Part shown: piece by piece, positions 9,751-25,341 of the stretch
Layout of the letters: each line of letters starts with the position of its first letter
Position numbering within the stretch: position 1 is the first letter of the stretch
Assembly: GCA_001275005.1 (NCBI GenBank)
Contig: JWZX01002799.1
Location: 1-54,717, forward strand
DNA: 54,717 bases
Direction: 5' to 3'
Source of the DNA: Chrysochromulina tobinii
Taxonomy: Eukaryota
Notes under the pieces: model-generated
Told to the model about the DNA's origin: nothing
Databases searched by the model: none
What the model saw: the letters and a program-made list of their open reading frames with translations, nothing else
Made by a program: the position numbers and the translations under genes

Positions 9751-10444
9751 GATAAGCTTAAAGCGAGAGAGCGCGGCGCGAAGTGTATCAGACCTGGTCG
9801 GTAGCCAGGAGCCCCCGTGAAAACATAGTGTGAATACTGTAAATTGACTGTAAATCTGCTTATATCAACTTGAATCATCAAGAAGGCCGATCGTGACGGC
9901 TTACGCACGCTAGTAGTTCACTACTAACGTCAGTGGTTGGCAGTGAGGTGAGTAGTTCGTTCCCTTTTCGTTCCCAACTCCAGACCCGTGGTCAGAAGCA
10001 ATGTCGAGAAGCAATGAAGCTATAGCGTTACATCATTCATGTTCCCGCAATTATATACCCAAGTGGGTACTAGGAAGGGATTACGAATATGTAGATTTGC
10101 ACACAATCAATCCGATCTTCATACTTGTACCCTGATTTCAAACTGAGTGGCGTACCGGTATAAGTAAGGCAATGAAGTACGAGGCGCGTACGGCCGTTGG
10201 ATTAGGATTTCATCATCGTCATGGCGCCAACATGCACGACAATTCATCCGCTCGCGACGTGACGAAACCTACTCTCACGAAACCCACACGCGCCCCGGCG
10301 CCGTCGCGACGTTGCATCTCATCTAGCGCAACCGTCTCAACTCACCGAAAACATATCTCACAACGCAGATTCCAACCCGCGTGCTTGCGCTTATCATAAC
10401 GCCCAGTACGACGCCCAGCACCCCCACACGCGCCCTCTGTCGTC

Positions 10445-10562
10445 CTCTGCCAAACCACCCTGATGCCAAACCAACCGTCCAGACCCAAACCACCGTAGAG
10501 AATGCAAGCCAGCGTCCGCCAGCCAAACCACCCTGATGCCAAACCACCGTACAGAATGCAAG
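10445..10562. repeat. Short tandem repeat (ccaaaccacc[ctgatg] / ccaaaccaccgtaNagaatgcaagc)
   Basis: Repeated ccaaacca cores and a twice-repeated ~25-bp unit. Confidence 0.6.
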
Positions 10563-10631
10563 CACAAGCGTCGCCCCCAAAATCTGAAAGCCACCTAGGC
10601 TCGGATGTGGTGCCCATCCATACCAGGCAAC

Positions 10632-14806
<4,175 letters not shown>

Positions 14807-15186
14807 GCGAGCTCCGTGCGCTGCCAGCTGCGAAGGAGATGGGCACGTGTCAAGCAGCTGGACGAGCCAGGAGCCGAACAAGGGAGGCGAGGCGAGGCGA
14901 GCACCTCGACCGCGTCGACTTTCGGTTCTTTAGGGATCGGTCTCCAGGTAATAAGAGATGACGTGGCGGTCGCCCGCACGAAAAGTGTGACTGGCCGGTA
15001 AATATTTCAAATATGGAGGTTACGGGTCTGATTTCTGGCGATTTTCGACAAGTCGTTTTGTCCGCGACACTCGAGACGAAACGCTCTCCACAGCCTGCAT
15101 CGATCCCTGCATCCACAGCGACGCTGGACTCTCGCCCCCGGCGCGCGCGCGCGCACCCAGCACCGCAAGGCGTGCCGATCGTCGCC

Positions 15187-18100
15187 ATGCCGAGTCGGTT
15201 CTTCAGTGAATCGAGAGCTGCGAGCGGCGGAGGCGACGTCTGCTGGGACGAGTATAAGTCCACGGACCTGGTGCTTCGCAGGCCGGACATCGCGAGCGAA
15301 TCCGAGCGGTGCCCGGATCGATACGGCGACCTAGCCTCGGCCAAGGCGGCGTGCCTCGGCTCCGCGCGCGCCTGGTGCGGCGGCGTCACCCGAGACAATG
15401 GGATCCGATGCGAGACGCCCCGAGCTGGCCAAAAGCTCCACTTCGAGCTGCGCACGGCCGAGAGCGAAGGCGAGACGGCCTCGACCTCGATCTCTTGGGT
15501 GCACCGTCCGCGACCCAAGGACGGCAGCAGCTGCGCGCCGGCGGGCGAGCGGCGCGGCACCAAGCGCGGCCTGCACGTGCGCCGCACGCCGTCCGCCGCC
15601 GCGGCGCGGGGTTTCGTCACAGGGAGCACGCATCTCATCCCACCGCCGAGGGGTTTCGTCACAGGGAGCATGCATCTCATCCCACCGCCAGATGCCCGTT
15701 CGAGCGACGACGACCGTTTGAACGCGCTGCTGCGCGCGAACCTGGAGATCGCGCGGGAGCGCATGGCGCGCGGCCCGCCCGCGTTTGAGCGCTTCCCACA
15801 TCTCGCCTTCCGCAACCGGGACTGGGGCGAATCGACCCGTCACGGTCGCGGCGACATGTACCCACTGTACACGCAGGTATACACGCCGGGGCACCCACCT
15901 GATGAGGGAGGCCATTAGCATGCGCTCAGAGATGCGACATGTACCCTCTGCACACGCAGGATACGATGCGCAACCTCGCCGATCATCTCTTCGACTCCTC
16001 GACCGGCTATGCGATCGGTGAGCTCTCGCCCTGACTGCATGCTGATTGCGACTCGATTGCGATTTGATTGCGATCGGAGTGCTGCCTCGTGCGACTTGAT
16101 TGCGACTTGATTGCGACTTGATTGCGGTCGGGGTGCTGCCTCATTTGGCAGGTCCAGCCGTGCATGCAAGTGCTCATTAAGGCGCCTGTGCCCCTCCCCT
16201 CCCTCCTTTCCCCACAGGTCCGCGGCAGGCGCCTATGGTCCAGCCGTGCCAGCTGATCTATTCGACCCTGAGGCCGACCAAGGACTTCGTCAGGCAAGCG
16301 CACCCGCACATCACACCCCAACCCCTAACTTCGTCAGGCAAGCGCACCCGCACATCACGGCCCCGTACCTGCTGATCACACCCTAAACCCTAACTTCGTC
16401 AGGCAAGCGCACCCGCACATCACGGCCCCGTACCTGCTGATCACACCCTAAACCCTAACTTCGGCAGGCAAGTGCACCCGCACATCACGGCCCCGTACCT
16501 GCTGATCACACCCTAAACCCTAACTTCGGCAGGCAAGTGCACCAGCACATCACGGCCCCGTACCTGCTGATCACCGACACGGCGGACGAGGGCATCACGC
16601 ATTATCATGCCGTAGACTCGCTGCTTAGCTCGAGGACCCTTCGCCACTGGTGGGCGGTCGACAACGAGGTGAGTGCATGCTGATGGCCTCTGATGGCTGA
16701 TTGCGTCCCTCATTAGCTCGAGTACCCTTCGCCACTGGTGGGCGGTCGACAACGAGGTGAGTGCATGCTGATGGCCTCTGTGAGTGCGTGCTGATGGCCT
16801 CTGTGAGTGCATGCTGATTGCCTCTGTGAGTGCCGCTGGTGGCCTCTGATGGCCTCTGGTGGCCTCTGATGGCCTCTGCTTTGAGTACCACTGGGATGCG
16901 ACTGACGATCCTTCCAAATTTGGCAGGTGCTCGACTCTCCCAAAGTGAGCTCGGTGCCGCTCGGCGTGATGGACTCGCTCGAGATCGGGGTGCGTGATTG
17001 CCGCTGATGACCGCTGATTGCAACTGATTGCAACTGATTGCAAATGATTGCAACTGAGTGCCACTCCCTTTCGTCACCCGAACCAATGATGATGACCAGG
17101 CTGAGCCTCTAATTGCCTCTAATTGCCTCTAATTGCCTCTAATTGCAACTGATGACCAGGCTGAGCCCTTTCCCTTGCCTGTTTTGGTAGGTGCGCGGGC
17201 AGCCGCAGTCGGTCTCCTTCCACGCCAACGTCGCCGAGTACCTATCGACCATCCTCGCCGCCCAGAGCCAGCCCAAGACCCGATGGCTCATGATGCAAAT
17301 GACCATCACGCACCCAGAGCGCAAGCGGGTGCGCGATACGCTCTGGCCACAAAAAGGGGCGTGCATGCACGTGCTCACCACGGCGCGCGTCCCCCTGCTT
17401 CCACAGGTGCGCGACACCTTCGGGCCCAAGTGGGGGGATGGCGAGGTGCGGATCACGCCCCGAGAATCTATGGGCCAGCCGTGCATGCAAGCGCTCAGCA
17501 TGGCGCCCCACCTCTCCTTTCCCCACAGGTGCGGATCACGCCCGAGAATCCCGCCAAGATTCGCGTGCCTGAGTATCTGCGGACTTTGGGGCAGCACCGC
17601 TTCGTGCTCTCGCCACGTGGCAACGGCTTGGACGCGCACCGGACTTGGGAAGCTCTCATGGTGGGCACTTGATTGCCTCTGGATTGCCGCTTGATTGCCG
17701 CTTGATTGCCGCTTGATTGCCTCTTGATTGCCTCACGTGGGAAGCTCTCGTGGTGGGCACGATCCCGATCTGCCTGGTGATGCTTGATGGCCCCTGATGA
17801 CGGCCACTGATTGCTGTCCTCATCAGGTGGGCACGATCCCGATCTGCCGCTCGTCGGCTCTCAACCCGCTCTACGAGCAGCTGCCGGTCCTCATTGTGCG
17901 CGGCTGGACGGGCGTAACGCCTACCCCGCGCCCGCCCTGCATGCAAGTGCTCACGACGGCGCCCGCACCCCCTCTCCCCACAGGTGCGCGACTGGACGGA
18001 CGTGACGCCGCGCCTCCTTCGAAGTTTCCTCGTCAACTACACGATCCGCAAGCCCTTCTACCGGTACGAGAAGCTCTTTGCGGACTATTGGGTCGGGCAG

Positions 18101-18340
18101 GTGCGATGCCTCGCGAGCGCTGCCTCGGATGACCTCTGATGACCTCTGATGACCTCTGATTGCCTCCCTCATCAGGTGGCGGTGCATCGCGAGCGCTGCC
18201 TCGCCGACGAGCGCGCCCGGCACGCGCCGAACTACACGTACGACTACAACTTGCCCGCCGGATGGCACGCGCTCAATCGCGAGGGGCAGCCTGAGCGAAT
18301 CCGCCCGTGGGCGTCCGACGCGGCCGCGAGTGTCGGCTAG
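15187..18340 (+). CDS. Exostosin/GT47-like glycosyltransferase (multi-exon)
   Basis: Spliced exons give ...VPLG...HPERKRVR...YLRTLGQHRFVLSPRGNGLDAHRTWEALMVGTIPI...LYEQLPVLIVRDWTDVT...EKLFADYW. Stop at 18338-18340. Start codon uncertain. Confidence 0.7.
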
Positions 18341-18594
18341 CTCTAGCTGACCAAACTCCAGACCGGCCGCTTCTGCCAACACACAGATCACAGTCACAGC
18401 TGTATTGTACCAGTCAACAGTAGTGTCGGCTAGCGGTGAACACACGTTTTGATGGATTTCCTAAATGAGATTTTCCTGATTTCGTCTGTCATGAAAAATG
18501 CCGAGAGAATCGCTTCGAAGTGCGTAATTGCGTTATATTTGAGGACAATCCTCGGAGATATGCACGGCGGGCCGCCGCCGCCCGCCCTAATACC

Positions 18595-20230
18595 ATGGTG
18601 CGCCTTGCCATGATGAAGATCGTCCTCCTGGCGCTGGCGCCGGCAACGACGCTGGGACAGACGCTGACAGCTGCGGGCTTCGTGCCTTACTTGGGCTACA
18701 CCGGCACACTCGCGGTGATTGGCACGATCGGTCCGATGACGACAGTGGGCACAAACCAGACATTCGAGTACATTCTGACTGGCGTCGACCCGGCGTGCTA
18801 TGGCGGCGCGAACCTCAGCGCGGTGAACTCGTGCGGCATCCACATCCACGTGGGAACGAGCTGCTCGAGCAACGCCGGCGGGCACTACTTCACAGGCGCT
18901 GTGACGACGGACCCGTGGACAGCGATCGCGTACACGTCGACTAGCGGCACAACTCAGGGCACGTACACCGTCAAGACGGGCGGCACGTCCTACGACGTAC
19001 AGGGCCGCACGGTGATCATCCACAACTACGTCGGCGGGCGCATCGCGTGCGCTGTACTGTCCAACGGCGTGAACGTGACGCTGGCGGCGACGCCCTTTGT
19101 CAAGTACTTCGACTACACAGGTTCCCTCGTGGTGAGAGGCGTCGTCAACCCGATGACGACGGTTGGAACGTCGCAGACGTCGACGCAGACGTTCACATAC
19201 GTGCTGACTGGCATCGACCTGGCGTGCTCTGGCGGCGCGAACCGCAGCGTGGCGAACTCGTGTGGCATCCACATCCATGCGCAATCGAGCTGCTTGAGCA
19301 ACGCCGGCATGCACTTCTACTTCCCAGGAGCTGTTGTGACGACGGACCCGTGGGAAACGATCGCGTACACAGCAGTCGCCGACGCGGTCAATGTCACGCA
19401 AACCTCCGGCACGCACACTGTGAATACGGGCGCCGAGTCTGTCGACATTGCTGGCCGTTCGGTGATCATCCATGACTACAACGGCGGACGCATCGCGTGT
19501 GCCCTCCTCGGCGCGGTGACGGTGGTGCCACCGAATACGCCACCGAGCAGCCCACCGACGAAGACGCCACCGAGTAGTCCACCGCCGACGATCAAAGACT
19601 GCTTCCCCTCCTCTGCCACCGTCATGCTCGCTAGTGGCACCGAGCGATCGCTCGGTGCGCTGCAGCTGGGCGACGAGATCGTCGTGTCCTGTGCCCGCCC
19701 TGCATGCAAGTGCTCACGACGGCGCCCGCACCCCTCTCCCCACAGGTGCGCTGCAGCTGGGCGACGAGATCGTCGTGTCCACGGCCGCGGGCGTCCTCAC
19801 CACCGACTTCGTCAGTGCGCTCTCGCTCGCCAACAAGGATGCGGAGCCCGCGTTCTTCCTCGTGCTCTCGACGGCCGCCGGCCGCACCGTAACCCTCACG
19901 GAGGGCCACCACATACCGGTAGGTCCGTCCTGCTGCGCCACGCTGGTGACGGCGGACGAGGTTCAGATGGGCGACACAGTGTGGATCGCTTCGACCACCG
20001 GGGCGGCCGTGCCATCGGCCGTGACCAAGGTGGCGAAGGTGAGCAAGAAGGGTCTGCATTCGCCCGTGATGACCAACGGCCACTTCCCGCTCGTCGACGG
20101 CGTCGTGACCGCCTTCGATTCCATCCACATGGTCACCGCTGCCGGCTACTTCCTCCCGATGCTTGAGACGACCGGATTCGTCCACCTCTTCAAGCGCGCC
20201 GCCTTCGACAGCGAGCGCAAGTTCATCTGA
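18595..20230 (+). CDS. Secreted protein: 2x Cu/Zn-SOD-like domains, Pro-rich linker, Hedgehog-type Hint domain (one intron, 19655-19745)
   Basis: Signal MVRLAMMKIVLLALAPATTLG. Two repeats of NSCGIHIH..SC..NAG.H...GR.VIIH..GGRIAC. PPSSPP linker. DCFPSSATV (Cys codon 19600), LQLGDEI, LTLTEGHHIPVG-type block B (VTLTEGHHIPVG), GLHSPVMTNGHFPLVDGVVTA. Confidence 0.85.
19655..19745 (+). mobile_element. Type-A introner-like intron: 35-nt exon duplication + GCATGCAAGTGCTCAC...CCCCACAG cassette
   Basis: The intron begins gtgcgctgcagctgggcgacgagatcgtcgtgtcc, identical to the start of the downstream exon. Its cassette is nearly identical to 17931-17983 in a different gene. Confidence 0.75.
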
Positions 20231-20701
20231 GCCCACATCGGATAGGCTCCTTTGAGCTCCTCTCAGATTGCAGGGAGGGAAGACCATGCAAGCAGCTGGA
20301 GCCTGTGAGGCCGGCGGCGGGGCGGGGGGGTACCAGCTCCTTAGTGAGCTCAACTCAGATTGGGAGATGTGCGGCCCGGGCACCTCGCACGTCGTAGCAT
20401 GATGCGAATGGGATCAACGAGCGTGAGATCATGCATGCACACGCTTCAAGCGCCTTGAACCTCGCTGGTGGCATGTAGTTGGCATGGGGTGTTCGGCGCG
20501 ATGCGTGAATGAAGGCTGTCTCGGAACTGATTGTCCTGACATTCGTCAAATTGGTACAACGATGACGTGACTCGTGTGACGTGTGTGCTCGTCCCGTCGT
20601 CGTGTGAGAGAGTGGAAAATGCCGCATCGGTGTGTACCTTGGTCGCGGAGAAAGAACTTTCTTTCACACTGACCGGATTCGTTCACACTCCGGGTCGAAC
20701 G

Positions 20702-23700
20702 ATGTCCGACGAGCGCCCGCATGTGCTCATCGTGGGCGCCGGCCCGATCGGCCTCGAGGCGGCGGTCAGCTGCCGGTACGCCGGCTTCCGCGTGACGGTC
20801 GCCGAGAAGGGTGCCGACATCGCGAGCTCCGTGCGCCACTGGAAGCACGTGCGCCTCTTCTCGGCCAACACGCTCAACAACTCGGCCGACGGCCTGCGTG
20901 CGCTCGCAGAGCTCGGCAGCCCCGCGCCCGCGCCCACGGCGTGCCCAACCGGCGCCGAATTCGCCGATGGCTATCTCGAGCCGCTCGCGCGTTGGCTCGC
21001 CGAGGACGCGGAGGTGAGGCTCTCGACGCGGGTCGACTCCATCTCGAGAGGCTCGCTGCTCAAGGGCGATGCGATCAAAGGCGCCGGCGACCACGCGCGC
21101 GACCGCACGCCGTTTGCGGCGCTCCTCGTCGGGGCGAATGGCGAAGAGACCTTCCTCGAACGTCTCGACGCCGTCATAGACTGCTCCGGCACGTACGGCA
21201 ACGGTACGCAGCCGACAGGCGATTGAGTACTCATGATTGCTCATGATTGATCATGACTGCTCCTGATTGCTACTGATTGCTCCTGATTGCTCCGGCACGT
21301 ACGGCAACGGTACGCAGCCGAGGCGAGCTCGCGCGCTGAGTGCGTCTCTGATGACGTCTCTTCTGATGTGACGTCTACTGATTGCGTCCATCATCAGGCA
21401 ACTTCCTCGGCCGCGGCGGCGCCCCTGCGCTCCTGATTGCTCCTGATTTCTCCTGATTGCGTCCATCATCAGGCAACTTCCTCGGCCGCGGCGGCGCCCC
21501 TGCGCTTGGGGAGCGCCAGCTGCGCGCGGAGGCACAGCCACCTGTCACCAAGCGTGCAAGGGATGTCTTCTTCGACTCGGTGCGCCTGATGAGACCTCTG
21601 ATTGCGGCTGATGAGACCTCTGATTGCGGCTGATGAGACCTCTGATTGCGGCTGATGAGACCTCTGATTGCGGCTGATGAGACCTCTGATTGCGGCTGAT
21701 GAGACCTCTGATTGCGGCTGATGAGCTCTCTGATGACCTCCGATGACGCCTGATGACGTCTCTGATTGCGCCTGATGAACACCTTCATCAGGTCCCCGAT
21801 GTGCTCGGGGACGATGTCGCCTCCTTCCTGCCTGATGACGTCTCTGATTGCGCCCGATGAACACCTTCATCAGGTCCCCGATGTGCTCGGGGACGATGTC
21901 GCCTCCTTCCTGCCACCAGACGGCACGCGGCGGCGGACCATCGCTGTGGTTGGAAGTGGCTACTCCGCGGCGACGACCCTCGGCAATCTCCTCGATCTCG
22001 CGGCATCTCGTGGGCATACGTATCACGCTCGAGCTCGAAACCTGATTGCATCTCTGATTGCATCTCTGAGTGCACCTCTGATGACAAATCTAATGGCCCC
22101 CGATGGGCACTCATTGCCTCCCTCCTCAGGTACACCCTCGAGATCGAGTGGCTCGTTCGGAAGCCAACCGCCGTCGGCGCACCGTACGTGCACCTCCCCG
22201 CCAGATTGCACCTCCCCGCCAGATTGCACCTCCGCCAGATTGCACCTCCGCCTGAGGGCACCTCTGCGTGCCTCTGATGGCCTCTCTCATCAGGCTCTGA
22301 TTGCCTCTCTCATCAGGTACGCGCAGCTCGAAGACGACCCGCTGCCTTCGCGCCAAAAGCTAGTCACGATGGCGAATCATATAGCGACGACGAAGGACGG
22401 CGCAGGCGGAGCGCCCGGCACAACGCCTCCGGTACGCCTGTGGATTGCCTTGCTCATCAGGCGGAGCGCCCGGCACGACGCCTCCTGTACGCGTGCACCG
22501 CGGCGTGAGCGTGAGCGGCCGCATGCAAGTGCTCACCACGGCGCCTCGCCCTCCCCAAAGGTACGCGTGCACCGCGGCGTGAGCGTGAGCGGCGGCATGC
22601 AAGTGCTCACCACGGCGCCTCGCCTTCCCCACAGGTACGCGTGCACCGCGGCGTGAGCGTGACACGTGTCAGTCGGCAGACCGATGGCACCATCCTGCTC
22701 GAGGGCATGCGCGAGAGCGCCGTCGTGGGCGAGGGCGCCGTCGTGGGCGAGGGCGCTGTCGTGGGCGAAGGCGCCGTCGTGGGCGATGAGCCGTTACCGA
22801 TGGAGCCCTTCTCGCTGCGCGTCGATACGCTCGTCTCGCAGGTGATTACGTCTGATTACGCCTCTGATTACGCCTCTGATTACGCCTCTGATTACGTCCG
22901 ATTACGCCTCTGAGTACGCCTCTGATTACGACACTCATGACACATGACTGCGACTGAGTAGGTCTGATTGCGACCGAGTACACCTGATTGCGTCTGATTG
23001 CGTCTGATTGCGTCTGATTGCGTCTGATTGCGTCTGCGAGCACCCCTCACAGGCGTCTGATTGCGTCTGATTGCGTCTGATTGCGTCTGATTGCGTCTGC
23101 GAGCACCCCTCACAGGTGGGCTACCGGCCGTCGTACGATCTCGCGAGCGAGCTACAGGTGCACCTGTGCTACGCCAGCGAGGGGCCGATGAAGCTGGCTT
23201 CGTCATTGCTCACCACGGCGCCACTCCCTCTTCCCCACAGGTGCACCTGTGCTACGCCAGCGAGGGGCCGATGAAGCTGGCTTCGTCAGTGCTCACCACG
23301 GCGCCACTCCCTCTTCCCCACAGGTGCACCTGTGCTACGCCAGCGAGGGGCCGATGAAGCTGGCTTCGTCACTGCTCTCGGCGAAGCTCAAGGCGATGGC
23401 TAGCGGCGACGCGGCGGGCGCGAACGACTGCCTCAAGCAGGTGCGTAATGCGTGTAGCTGAGGGAAGCATGCAAGTGCTCACCACGGCGCCATCCCCTCT
23501 TCCCCACAGGTGCGTAATGCGTGTAGCTGAGGGCGGCGTGCGGCTGAGTGCGCGCTGATGAGCTCTGAGTGGCTCTGATGATACCTGTTGATTGCCTTGC
23601 TCATCAGGTGGCGCCTGGGCCTGAGATGCTGATGATACCTGTTGATTGCCTTGCTCATCAGGTGGCGCCCGGGCCCGAGATGCTCACAACGCCCGAACCG

Positions 23701-24120
23701 CGCTTCTACGTGCTCGGCTCGAAATCGTAAGAGACCTCTGATTGCGGCTGATGAGACCTCTGATTGCGGCTGATGGGACCTCTGATTGCGGCTGATGAGA
23801 CCTCTGATTGCGGCTGATGAGCTCTCTGATGACCTCCGATGACGCCTCTACGTGCTCGGCTCGAAATCGTATGGACGCTTCGCCTCCTCCCTTGTCCTGA
23901 CGGATCTACCTTTGGTGTGCATGCAAGTGCCCACCACGGCGCCCTCACCTCTCCCCACAGGTATGGCCGCTCCTCCTCCTTTCTGCTCACGGTGGGTCAC
24001 CAGCAAGTGCAGGCCGTGGTCGGTATGCTGAGCGCCGAGATGGGCGACCGGCTGCGCCCCAAGCCCGCGCCCGGGGCGGCGCCCGGGGCGGCGCCGCCGA
24101 CACCGCCGCCGGCACCCTAG
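20702..24120 (+). CDS. FAD/NAD(P)-dependent oxidoreductase (flavin monooxygenase / ArsO-like family), multi-exon
   Basis: VLIVGAGPIGLEAA, SVRHWKHVRLFS, DAVIDCSGTYGN, IAVVGSGYSAAT, VGYRP...SELQVHLCYASEGPMKLA, TTPEPRFYVLGSKSYGRSSSFLLTVGHQQV. Confidence 0.8.
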
Positions 24121-24355
24121 CATGCGTGCCTCGGAGAAACGGGAGCGGGCGCCGAGATGGGCATCGGTCTCTCTCTGTTTGTGACGTGACATACACCGGG
24201 GTTGTACCTGTCGAATCCTGTCGATCCTGCCGTGTCTATGGGTGTCTGTGAGTCGTAGACCCATTGGTAAATGAGATTCACGCCCAATTCACCGGGTCTG
24301 ACGAAATTCTGCTGATTCACACCCCCCCGTCCGACGTCTCGCCGACGAGATCGCC

Positions 24356-24997
24356 ATGCGCTTGCCTCCCTCGGCCGGCCGAGCCACCTTGCTGCGAGGG
24401 CTCCTCGCGCTCGCTCCCGCCGCGCTGCTCAAGCGCGCACCGGCCGCCGCCCTGGAGGGCGGCCAGCTCGCGTTTCAGCCCTCGCTCACCGGCAAGGGCT
24501 ACGGGAAGACGGAGATGGACTACTCGGACTTTGAGCGGACGCCATCGGGCGTGCTCTTCAAGGACGCCAAGAAGGGCAGCGGCAAAAGCCCCGAAGCAGG
24601 CGACCGCGTCGTCCTCGATTGGTCCGGCTACACGATCGGCTACTTCGGCCGGCCGTTTGAGACGAAGCAGCTGCGCTCGCTTGACGGTATCGAGGAGGGG
24701 CAAGCGTTCCTGCGCTTCGAAGTGGGCAGCGGCACGGTGATCCCGGCGCTCGAGCAGGGCGTCCTCGGCATGAGCGAAGGCGGCGTGCGCCAGATCGTCG
24801 TCACTCGACCAGAGCTCGGCTACCCGACATCCGACCCGGCGCATGCAAAGGTTGGTCCGAAGCCGTCCACGTTCTCGGGGCAGCGCGCGCTCGACTTTGT
24901 GCTCCAGAACCAGGAGCTCATCGACAAGACGCTGCTCTTCAACGTCAAGATCATCCGCGTTGATAAGCCAGGGACGAATGGCTGGAAGGCGGGATGA
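24356..24997 (+). CDS. FKBP19: Thylakoid-lumen FKBP-type peptidyl-prolyl isomerase, FKBP19-like
   Basis: GKGYGKT, VVLDWSGYTIGYFGRPFE, VIPALEQGVLGM..GGVRQI, GPKPSTFSGQRALDFVLQNQELIDKTLLF are characteristic of plant/algal FKBP19. Hydrophobic lumen-type signal ending A-x-A. Confidence 0.85.
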   Translation: MRLPPSAGRATLLRGLLALAPAALLKRAPAAALEGGQLAFQPSLTGKGYGKTEMDYSDFERTPSGVLFKDAKKGSGKSPEAGDRVVLDWSGYTIGYFGRPFETKQLRSLDGIEEGQAFLRFEVGSGTVIPALEQGVLGMSEGGVRQIVVTRPELGYPTSDPAHAKVGPKPSTFSGQRALDFVLQNQELIDKTLLFNVKIIRVDKPGTNGWKAG

Positions 24998-25341
24998 CCG
25001 CGTTGATGTGGGACCAGACTGCGTGGATGGTGGAGGTCTCCGGAGCGGTGGGACAGAGATACAGACCAGAAATAAGACGAGAGCGATCATCGCATGTAAG
25101 TTTACGAGTTATTCAAAGACACCCCGAGTCAGAGTGACTCTGCTCTCTGCTCCTCAGCCTGCCCCGGCCCTGCAGCCTAGCACTCGCTCGTGAGGAAGTC
25201 GACACTGTGCTGCCATCAGACTCCTCTGCTCAAGACGAGACGATCCTTCCTTCCTTCGAGACCGCGCGTTAACGCGCCTCGCTCGCGGCCTGAGAGACAG
25301 AGGAAGTTGCCTTCCCTCATCACAGCTGTCATTACACCTCA

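Noticed and set aside
9908..9930. Small hairpin tagtag-ttca-ctacta as a Helitron 3' end
   Set aside because: Only a 6-bp AT-rich stem with no correctly spaced CTRR terminus, so insufficient evidence.
16290..16560. Repeat-spacer pattern resembling a CRISPR array
   Set aside because: The units are duplicated exon starts with near-identical spacers in a eukaryotic gene, and no cas genes are present.
19600..20230. Intein
   Set aside because: No terminal His-Asn followed by Cys/Ser/Thr and no C-extein. The layout is Hedgehog-type Hint.
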